NCBI GenBank assembly: GCA_040752415.1
Contig: JBFMGU010000238.1
Location: 1 to 16,481 of the forward strand
Direction of reading: 5' to 3'
DNA from: Myxococcota bacterium
GTDB lineage: Bacteria > Myxococcota > JACRCW01
Length of the DNA: 16,481 bases
Positions 1 to 7,107 of this stretch are shown one piece after another (positions within the stretch are counted from its first letter, which is position 1; each line of letters opens with the position of its first letter). The position numbers were made by a program, and so were the translations under genes. The notes under the pieces are model-generated. The model had not been told where the DNA came from, did not search any database, and saw only the letters and a list, made by a program, of their open reading frames with translations.

Positions 1-69
1 GCGCCGATTCTGCGCGTCAGCAGAGCCTTGTGGCGCAGTCATTCCTGCCTGTGGCGACGTCGCGGGCGG

Positions 70-1671
70 TCAGTTGATGCCGCGGAAGGTCTTGCCGCGA
101 CCTTCACCGCGAACGGGATCCCCATCACGCACCACGGGAATGCCGCCGTTGACGACGTGACGCATCCCGGTGGGGAACTGGATCGGATCGGTGAAGGTGG
201 CGTTGTCGATGACGGTGCTGAAGTCGAACGCCACCAGGTTGGCGCGCTTGCCCTTCTCGACGACGCCGTGGTCCTTCAGTCGCATGGCGCGTGCGGCCTG
301 GGAGGTCATCTTACGCACGGCCTCTTCCAGCGTCGTCAGCTTCTTCTCCCGCGTCTGGCGGCCCAGGATGCGCGGATAGGTCCCGAACGCGCGCGGGTGC
401 GGCCGGCCACCCAGCAAGCCATCCGTGCACGCGTTGACCCACGGCAGCTTCCACAGCGCGTCGACGACGTCATCGCTCTGGCTGAACGACACCATGGCCA
501 CGCCCAGGCGCTCGCTGGCCAGCAGGTCCAGCGCGAAGTCCAGCGCCTCCACTCCCGCCGCGTTGGCAGCGTCCTCCAGCGTCTTGCCCACCACCTCGGG
601 ACGTCGGCCGCTGGGCACGTCGGCGAGGATGATTCCCTTGGCGCGCGACCACTTCCAGAAGTTGTCCCAGTGGCTCGGCTGCTGGCTCTGCATCTCAGAG
701 CGGATGCGCGCGCGCGTGGCCTTGTCGTTGAGGCGCTCCACCACCTTGTCGACGCCACCCTCGTGCATCCACGGCGGAAGGATGGCGCCCAACATGGTGG
801 AGCCGGCAATGTACGGGTACTGGTCCGCCGTCACCTCAATGCCACTGCGACGCGCCTCCTCCACCTTGGCAATCAGCTCCTCCACCCGACCCCAGTTCTC
901 CCGCCCGGCGATCTTGAAGTGGCTGATGTGGAGCCGCACGCCGCTGGCACGACAAATCTGGAGGCACTCCTCGACGCCATCCAGGATGTAGTCGCTCTCA
1001 CTGCGCATGTGGATCACGAACGCGCCGTCCCGCTTGGCCACCGGCTTGCACAGCTCAATGAGCTCCTCCGCGTTGCCGTATACGCAGGGCGGATAGATGA
1101 GGCCGGTGGAGATGCCGAGCGCGCCCTGCTCCAGCCCCTGCTCGACGAGGGCCACCATCTTCCGGACTTCCTCCGGCGTGGCGTGACGATTCTCCATGCC
1201 CATCACCACCGCGCGCACCGCGCCGTGCGGGATGAGGTACGTCATGTCCACGTGCGGCTTCACGCGGTCGATCTCGTCGAGATACGTGCGCACGTCGCGC
1301 CAGGCCCAGGACACCGGCGGGTCACCGTCGAGACCGGCGAGGCGACGCCGCGTATCCGCCACGTCCTCCTCCTTCACCGGCGTGACGCTGATGCCGTCCT
1401 GTCCCAGCACCTCCAGCCCCACGCCCTGGCGGACCTTGGGCGGAAGGTCCGGCTCGACGAGAATCTTGAGATCGCTGTGGCTGTGCGTATCCAGGAAGGC
1501 CGGCGCCACGACGAAACCCTTGCAGTCCAGCGTGTTGCGGCCCTTCAACGTGCCGGGCGGCGCCACCTCCGCAATGCGGTCACCGGAGATTCCCACGTCG
1601 GCGTGTCGACGCGGCGCACCGGTTCCATCCACCACCTCACCACCCGAGAGCACCCAATCCAGTTGAGACAT
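70..1671 (-). CDS. N-acyl-D-amino-acid deacylase (D-aminoacylase) family amidohydrolase
   Basis: About 533 aa. Shows the N-terminal 'GGEVVDGTGAPRRHADVGISGDRI' beta-domain, the metal motif DTHSHSD, IHMRSE, HISHFK, ADQYPY, CTDG and HPRAFGTYPR. ATG at 1671 follows an AAGGTG SD-like site; the GTG at 1674 is an alternative start. Confidence 0.9.
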   Translation of the reverse strand: MSQLDWVLSGGEVVDGTGAPRRHADVGISGDRIAEVAPPGTLKGRNTLDCKGFVVAPAFLDTHSHSDLKILVEPDLPPKVRQGVGLEVLGQDGISVTPVKEEDVADTRRRLAGLDGDPPVSWAWRDVRTYLDEIDRVKPHVDMTYLIPHGAVRAVVMGMENRHATPEEVRKMVALVEQGLEQGALGISTGLIYPPCVYGNAEELIELCKPVAKRDGAFVIHMRSESDYILDGVEECLQICRASGVRLHISHFKIAGRENWGRVEELIAKVEEARRSGIEVTADQYPYIAGSTMLGAILPPWMHEGGVDKVVERLNDKATRARIRSEMQSQQPSHWDNFWKWSRAKGIILADVPSGRRPEVVGKTLEDAANAAGVEALDFALDLLASERLGVAMVSFSQSDDVVDALWKLPWVNACTDGLLGGRPHPRAFGTYPRILGRQTREKKLTTLEEAVRKMTSQAARAMRLKDHGVVEKGKRANLVAFDFSTVIDNATFTDPIQFPTGMRHVVNGGIPVVRDGDPVRGEGRGKTFRGIN

Positions 1672-1684
1672 CACTTCACCTTCT

Positions 1685-3706
1685 TCATGCGGGAGTCGGC
1701 AGCAGGAACGGTGCGCTGACGTGGCTGACGTGGTCCTTCTCTCGCACCGCGTCGAGCATCACGCACAGCACCTGCGCGTAGTTCGTGTGCAGCCGGGCAT
1801 CGGGCGCCACGTCGTCAAGAGCGTTCTCCGGCGGGAGGACCGCGTCCTGGCCGTTGAGCCGGATGCGGAACGGTCCCTCGTGATACACGCGCGCACCGCC
1901 GCCACGCTCCTCCAGCGCGCACAACACACCGTCAATGCGCGCGTCCACGCGCCAGGTTCCGTCCGCCTTGCGCTCGACGTGGAACCCATCGCGGTACGGC
2001 GTGTCCTTCCAGCTGTGGTGCGAGCCGAAGAAGCGCGGCTTGACCACGTAGGGCCCGCCGTCCTCGGGACAGAACACATCGCAGTTGCCGCACTCGTTGC
2101 AGAAGTCGGCGAAGTTGGCGAGCTGGTGGTCCTTGCCCACGCGCACCGCTTCGTCCTTCTCGCGCACCAGCTTACCGGCCTCCACCTTGTAGACGGCCGC
2201 CGTCACCTCGCGCACCGCGGTCTCGAAGGAGAAGTTGGCGTCGTTGGGGCAGACGGGGATGCACTTGTCGCAGTTGATGCAGTCAAAGAACCGCAGCTGG
2301 GAACCCACCTTGCGCGGCGGCTTGCTGTTCTTGGCGGCGGCAAAGCGCGGGTTGGTGAGCGCGGCCTTGGCGACGTGCGGCGTGTTGAGCCGGGCCGCCT
2401 GGTCCACGTGCAGGTCTCCACCTTCCGGCGCGTTCGGGTCGATGGCACGCGCGCGCTTGAGCGCCTCTTCACGGTTGCCGAATGCGTTGAGGATCCACTC
2501 GCGCACGTTGTTGGCGCCCACGTCCGCCATGCGCTTCTCGACGATGGGGAAGTACTTCCCGAGGCGCGAGTAGCCACCAGGCCGCAGCAGGTCGGTGCAC
2601 ATGGTGATGGGCGTGAGTCCCAGCGCCACCATGTCCGCCGCGTTCTCGCGGTCCACGCCGGCGGAGAAGGAGATGGGCAGGCCCGGCGGAAGGTGCGGCC
2701 GCAGCTTGTCGAGCAACTGCAACGCCACCACGTGGAGCGGCTCCCCCGACGTGTACATCTCCTTTTCCGTCTTGGGGAAGAAGCTCTTGTGATTGTGGAC
2801 GATGAGCGTGTTGGTGAGCTTCACGCCGAAGGTGAGCCCGCGGCTCTTCGCGCGCTCCGTGAGTCGACCAATGATGTCCAGCGCCTGGTTCCACTGCAGG
2901 TCGTTGTCGAACGCGCTGTCGGGGGTGCGGAGCTCGTCGTAGCCCAGTTGACCGCGCACCACGTCGCGCACGCCGTCACGACCGAGCAGCGTGGGATTCA
3001 GCTTGACGATGAGGTTCAGCCCCAGGTCATCCATCAGGTAGTTGCAGATGCTCTCGATCTCGTTGGCGGGGCAGCCGTGGAACGTCGACAGCGTCAGCGA
3101 GTTGGCCAGCCTGGGTGACACCTGCAGACCCGACCAGCGTGCGAGTGGACCCGTGAGCGCATGCAATCTCTCGTCGATGAGCTGACGCGCGTTCATCATC
3201 TGGCGGATGAAGCCGGTGACCTTCTCGCTCTTGATGCCCTCCAGGTTGTAGCCGCAGGAGAGATCGAAGATGAGCGGGCTCTGCGCCATGGGCTCGCCCA
3301 GCTCACGCAGCACGTGGATGAGGATCCAGGCATTGATGTATTCGCTCAGCGACTGGCTGACGCGCAGCTCCTGGCTCCACTCGACGTTGAACCCGACGGT
3401 GGCGGCGTCAATGCACGGACGCGGAATCTTGAGCTCGTCGAGAATCTGGACGGTCTTGAGCTCCATGACGCGACCACCCGCCAGGTACGCCAGCACGATG
3501 TTCTGCGCGAGCTGGGAGTGCGGTCCGGCGGCGGGACCAAACGGCGTGGCGGCGGTCTGTCCGTGGAGCTTGATGGAGAGGTCACGACCCGGCAGCCCGG
3601 TGAAGAAGGAGCGACGCGGCAGGTCAAAGATGGCGTCCTTCTTCTCGCGCTCGACGAGCATGCGTGACAGCAACGTCGGGAGGGGGAGGGGGACAAGCTC
3701 GGCCAT
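1685..3706 (-). CDS. ygfK: YgfK-like oxidoreductase (DHODH/PreA-like barrel + 2x[4Fe-4S]), short form lacking the central FAD/NAD(P)H module
   Basis: 673 aa. The motifs TPFGPAAGPHSQLAQNIV, ELKTVQILD, FNVEWS, GYNLEGIK, TLSTFHGCP, VKLNPTLLG, GVKLTNT and TDLLRPGGY match YgfK as I recall it. The C-terminus has CINCDKCIPVCP and CNECGNCDVFCP ferredoxin motifs. GGAG SD upstream. Confidence 0.88.
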   Translation of the reverse strand: MAELVPLPLPTLLSRMLVEREKKDAIFDLPRRSFFTGLPGRDLSIKLHGQTAATPFGPAAGPHSQLAQNIVLAYLAGGRVMELKTVQILDELKIPRPCIDAATVGFNVEWSQELRVSQSLSEYINAWILIHVLRELGEPMAQSPLIFDLSCGYNLEGIKSEKVTGFIRQMMNARQLIDERLHALTGPLARWSGLQVSPRLANSLTLSTFHGCPANEIESICNYLMDDLGLNLIVKLNPTLLGRDGVRDVVRGQLGYDELRTPDSAFDNDLQWNQALDIIGRLTERAKSRGLTFGVKLTNTLIVHNHKSFFPKTEKEMYTSGEPLHVVALQLLDKLRPHLPPGLPISFSAGVDRENAADMVALGLTPITMCTDLLRPGGYSRLGKYFPIVEKRMADVGANNVREWILNAFGNREEALKRARAIDPNAPEGGDLHVDQAARLNTPHVAKAALTNPRFAAAKNSKPPRKVGSQLRFFDCINCDKCIPVCPNDANFSFETAVREVTAAVYKVEAGKLVREKDEAVRVGKDHQLANFADFCNECGNCDVFCPEDGGPYVVKPRFFGSHHSWKDTPYRDGFHVERKADGTWRVDARIDGVLCALEERGGGARVYHEGPFRIRLNGQDAVLPPENALDDVAPDARLHTNYAQVLCVMLDAVREKDHVSHVSAPFLLPTPA

Positions 3707-3730
3707 GGCGGGCTCCAGGATGGTCAGAGG

Positions 3731-5014
3731 TCAGGACAACTTGTTCCACATCTTCTGCGCGGTCTCGCGACAGCGGTGCTTGAGCGCGGCCTCATCCACC
3801 AGCGTGAAGCGCCCACCGCGCATCACCACCTGCGCATCCACCACGACGTCGCGCACCGGCCACGGCGAGGGACCGAAGAACATATGACCGAACACGGTGT
3901 TCTCGGTGAGCGGCGTGGGCGGGTCGTACGCGGTGACCACGGCGTCCCCGACGTAGCCGGGCTGCAGCGCGCCGAACTTCCCGCCAAAGTGCCGCTCCGC
4001 GAGCTTGAAGTTGTTCTGAAGGAGCGCCAGCGCGTCGACGGAATCCGTGGGCCCGTACTGGCGGCGCCCGTTGTGGAACACCGCGCGCCCCTCGGTGATC
4101 ATGTCACCATCCATCCCGTCGGTGCCGAGCGTCACCATGCTCTTGAAGCGCTTGGGCTGCTGGTAGCCCACTGCGTTGTTGAGGTTGGAGCGCACGTTGT
4201 GGATGACGGGCGTGTCGGTGCGGGCCAGTTCCCGGATCTCCGCCTCGTCGACGTGGACCGCGTGCGCCACCAGCGAGAGCGGCCCCAGCGCGCCGGCCTT
4301 GGAGAGCCGGGTCACGGCAGGCATGTTGTACTTCGTGGCGCTGTGCACCTCGTCGGAGAGCGCTTCCGCCACGTGCACGTGGATGCCGGTGCTGGTGGCC
4401 TTCATGGCGTCGACGGCGGCGGCCAGCGTCTCCGGTCCCACGGTGAACGGCGCGTGCAGGCCCACCAGGCCGCGCAGCATGCGGTCACCCTTGATGCGCT
4501 CGATGAAGCGCTTGCACTCGGCAATGCCGCGCTGCCCGTCGGTGTCGCCGTGGCGGTCGGTGGCGCCGTAGCAGAGGACGCCCCTCAGGCCCACCTGGCG
4601 CAGCGCATCCGCGATGATGTCGAGGCTGCCGTCGATGAAACGCGGGGACTCGTGGTGGTCGAACAGCGTGGTGGTGCCGGCGCGCAGGGCCTCCATGGAC
4701 GCGGCAAACACGCTCATGCGGAGGCTCTCCTCGTCGAGCGCGCAGTCCATCTTCCACCACACCTGCTCCAGGATCTCCACGAAGGAGCGCGTGGGTCCCT
4801 TGGGCAGCGGCATGCCGCGCGCCAACCCGCTGTAGAGGTGCGTGTGCGCGCAGACCATGCCCGGCCAGATCACGCAGCCGGTGCAGTCCACGCGCTCGTC
4901 GTCGTCGTTGGGGGCGCGATCGACCACGTGACCGTCTTCCAGCACCACGTCGCGCATGGCCACGTGGACAGGATTGAGGTCCACCACCGTTCCGCCGCAA
5001 AGAGCCACGCCCAT
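3731..5014 (-). CDS. ssnA: SsnA-like metal-dependent amidohydrolase (chlorohydrolase/aminohydrolase family)
   Basis: 427 aa with PGMVCAHTHLYSGLARGM, GTTTLFDHH, GLHAPFT, HVHVAE, AHAVH and LGTDG motifs. It is adjacent to the ygfK-like gene, as ssnA is in known clusters. Confidence 0.85.
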   Translation of the reverse strand: MGVALCGGTVVDLNPVHVAMRDVVLEDGHVVDRAPNDDDERVDCTGCVIWPGMVCAHTHLYSGLARGMPLPKGPTRSFVEILEQVWWKMDCALDEESLRMSVFAASMEALRAGTTTLFDHHESPRFIDGSLDIIADALRQVGLRGVLCYGATDRHGDTDGQRGIAECKRFIERIKGDRMLRGLVGLHAPFTVGPETLAAAVDAMKATSTGIHVHVAEALSDEVHSATKYNMPAVTRLSKAGALGPLSLVAHAVHVDEAEIRELARTDTPVIHNVRSNLNNAVGYQQPKRFKSMVTLGTDGMDGDMITEGRAVFHNGRRQYGPTDSVDALALLQNNFKLAERHFGGKFGALQPGYVGDAVVTAYDPPTPLTENTVFGHMFFGPSPWPVRDVVVDAQVVMRGGRFTLVDEAALKHRCRETAQKMWNKLS

Positions 5015-5017
5015 TGC

Positions 5018-6265
5018 TCACCCCACCCTTTCCACGACGTCACGCACCGCATCCAGCCGGGGCGCCACCTTGTGCGCCGACGGAGCGGCCCGCAGCGCGC
5101 CACGTGAGTCCTTGAGCCCGTGCCCGGTGACGTAGTGCACCACGCTCTCGTCCTTACCGACGATCCCGCGCTGCTTCGCCACGTGGATACCGGCCAGCGC
5201 CGCCACCGCCGTGGGCTCGGCAAAGACGCCGGTGTTGCGCGCCAATCGTGGCATCCACTCGTCAATGAGCCCGTCGGGGACGGTGACCACGGCACCACCG
5301 CTCTCGCGAATGGCCCGCAGCGCCTTCACCGCGTTGCGCGGCGTCCCGACGCAGATGCTGTCCGCAATGGTCTTGGCGTCCTCGGGGACGAACGTCTCGG
5401 TGCCCTGGACCCACGCCTTGTGCAGCGGTGAGGAGCCCTCCGCTTGCACGGCGAGGATGCGGGGCGTGCGGGAGAGGACGCCCATGGCCTTCATCTCCTT
5501 GAGGCCCTTCCAGATGCCCGCGGTGGTGCACCCGTCGCCGAGCGGCACGGCCACCCAGTCCGCGGGCTCGCTGTTGCCCAGCTGCTCACCCAGCTCCAGG
5601 CCGCCCGTCTTCTTCCCCTCGACGAGGAACGGGTTCACCGCGCAGTTCCGGTTGAACCAGCCGAAGGCGCCCACGGCCTGCTGACACAGGTCATAGGCCT
5701 GGTCATAGGACCCTTCCACGAGCAGCACGTTGGCGCCGTAGATGAGCAGCTGCGCCAGCTTGGCCTCCGGCGCTGTGTGCGGGACGAAGATGAACGCCTT
5801 CAGCCCGAAGTGCGCCGACCACCCGGCAAGGCTGCTGGCCGCATTTCCCGTCGACGCGCACGTGATGACCTTGGCGCCCTGTTGCGCGGCGCGCCACACG
5901 CCCAGCGAGCTTGCGCGGTCCTTGAAGCTGGCGGTGGGCTGGCGTCCGTCGTCCTTCACGCGCAGCTGGCGGATGCCCAGGTCACGCGCGAGGGCGGGGA
6001 AGTCGTAGAGCGGGGTCCAGCCAATGTGCAGCTGCGGCGCCGTCCACGACGGGTCCACCGGCAAGAGCGGCCGGTAGCGCCACACGTTGAAGCTGGTGTC
6101 GGACGTCAGCGCGGCGGGAGTGTACGTGCGGAAGATGCGCTCGTAGTCGTAGATGACGTCGAGGATGCCCTTGTCGGGGCCGCACGCGGGACAGGTGTAG
6201 TCCACGCTGCCGTACGCATGGGTCTTCCTGCACTGGACGCATTCAAGGTGACGGATGTGCTGCAC
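5018..6265 (-). CDS. Threonine synthase-family (fold-type II) PLP-dependent enzyme with N-terminal zinc ribbon
   Basis: Shows a CVQC...CPAC ribbon, the PLP-lysine motif PTASFKDR, ASTGN, EGKKT, EPT and VTGHGLKD. The true start is probably the GTG at 6265, 5 nt after a perfect AGGAGG SD (6271-6276), rather than 6391. The stop is 3 nt before the ssnA ATG. Confidence 0.87.
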   Translation of the reverse strand: MQHIRHLECVQCRKTHAYGSVDYTCPACGPDKGILDVIYDYERIFRTYTPAALTSDTSFNVWRYRPLLPVDPSWTAPQLHIGWTPLYDFPALARDLGIRQLRVKDDGRQPTASFKDRASSLGVWRAAQQGAKVITCASTGNAASSLAGWSAHFGLKAFIFVPHTAPEAKLAQLLIYGANVLLVEGSYDQAYDLCQQAVGAFGWFNRNCAVNPFLVEGKKTGGLELGEQLGNSEPADWVAVPLGDGCTTAGIWKGLKEMKAMGVLSRTPRILAVQAEGSSPLHKAWVQGTETFVPEDAKTIADSICVGTPRNAVKALRAIRESGGAVVTVPDGLIDEWMPRLARNTGVFAEPTAVAALAGIHVAKQRGIVGKDESVVHYVTGHGLKDSRGALRAAPSAHKVAPRLDAVRDVVERVG

Positions 6266-6384
6266 GCCCACCTCCTGGAACCCACGGCTTCTAGCCCAAA
6301 AGCCCGCCATCGCGCGCCCGGTTTTCCGCATTTCCGCGACGTCGCCTTCTTCTCGAACCGGGGCCCTCAGCCTGAACCATCTCA

Positions 6385-6419
6385 TGGACACGAACTTCGT
6401 GGAACACTAGATTCGTGGC
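6385..6419 (+). promoter_or_regulatory. Sigma70-type promoter of the TA operon overlapped by two palindromic operator sites
   Basis: TGGACA (6385-6390), a 17-nt spacer, then TAGATT (6408-6413), with 6 nt between it and the ATG at 6420. A perfect palindrome CACGAA-C-TTCGTG (6389-6401) and a degenerate copy CACTAG-A-TTCGTG (6405-6417) overlap it. Confidence 0.7.
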
Positions 6420-6656
6420 ATGAAGAACCTGACCATCACGGTGCCCGAGGAAGTTGCCGCGTGGGCCCGGGTCTGGGCGGCCAAGCACAACACCAGCGTG
6501 TCCAAACTGGTGGGTGAGATGCTTCGGGAGCGCATGCAGCAGGAGGATGCGTACGAGGCGGCCATGAGGTCGTTCCTGGCGCGCAAGCCCACGGTGCTGA
6601 GTGGCGCACCGTATCCCAAGCGCGAGGAGCTGTATGACCGCCCGCGTCTTCGTTGA
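6420..6656 (+). CDS. Ribbon-helix-helix (CopG-like) antitoxin, VapB-type
   Basis: 78 aa. 'MKNLTITVPEEVAAWARVWAAKHNTSVSKLVGEML' fits the RHH pattern, and the C-terminal 'REELYDR' is typical of PIN-associated antitoxins. It overlaps the downstream PIN gene. Confidence 0.85.
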   Translation: MKNLTITVPEEVAAWARVWAAKHNTSVSKLVGEMLRERMQQEDAYEAAMRSFLARKPTVLSGAPYPKREELYDRPRLR

Positions 6657-7077
6657 CACCAACGTGCTGGCGTATGCGCAGGACCTCCGGGATGCCGTCA
6701 AGCAGCAGCGCGCCCACGAGTGGGTGACGTCGCTGTGGCGGCAACGCAACGGGCGTGTCAGCGCGCAGGTGCTCAACGAGTTGTACGTGACGCTCACGCA
6801 GCGGTTCCGACCAGGGATGAGGAAGGAAGAGGCCCGCGACTTCGTGCGCGAGCTGATGACATGGAGTCCCGTGCCGGTCGACGCCGTGCTCGTCGAGAGG
6901 GCGTGGTCGCTGCAGGACCGGTTCTCGCTGTCATTCTGGGACGCGCTGATTGTCGCGGCGGCGCATGCGTCCGGCTGCACGCACCTGCTCAGCGAGGACC
7001 TGCAGGATGGCCAGGACATGGAGGGCGTGGTCGTCGTCAACCCGTTTGCGCACGCACCGGCAGAGCTGGAACGCTGA
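6634..7077 (+). CDS. vapC: PIN-domain toxin (VapC family ribonuclease)
   Basis: 147 aa with VFVDTNVL, SAQVLNE, SFWDALIVAAA and LLSEDLQDG acidic PIN motifs. ATG 6634 follows a GAGGAG SD (6624-6629) and the gene overlaps the antitoxin by 23 nt. Confidence 0.9.
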   Translation: MTARVFVDTNVLAYAQDLRDAVKQQRAHEWVTSLWRQRNGRVSAQVLNELYVTLTQRFRPGMRKEEARDFVRELMTWSPVPVDAVLVERAWSLQDRFSLSFWDALIVAAAHASGCTHLLSEDLQDGQDMEGVVVVNPFAHAPAELER

Positions 7078-7107
7078 CCGTCTCCTCGTCGAGGGAATGC
7101 GCGGGAT

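Noticed and set aside
1..42. Possible start of a further minus-strand gene (ATG at 42, MTAPQGSADAQNRR)
   Set aside because: Only 14 codons are visible, the SD is weak and there is no recognisable motif, so it cannot be supported.
28..5107. Long plus-strand ORFs 28-1719, 1721-3118 and 3776-5107
   Set aside because: Antisense shadows of well-supported high-GC genes, with no recognisable protein motifs.
6266..6391. 42-aa N-terminal extension of the ThrC-like ORF
   Set aside because: A perfect SD precedes GTG 6265, homology starts there, and the extension runs into the TA promoter.
7082..7096. CCTCG-T-CGAGG inverted repeat between toxin and xdh as a terminator
   Set aside because: The stem is very short, the loop is too small and there is no U-tract on either strand.
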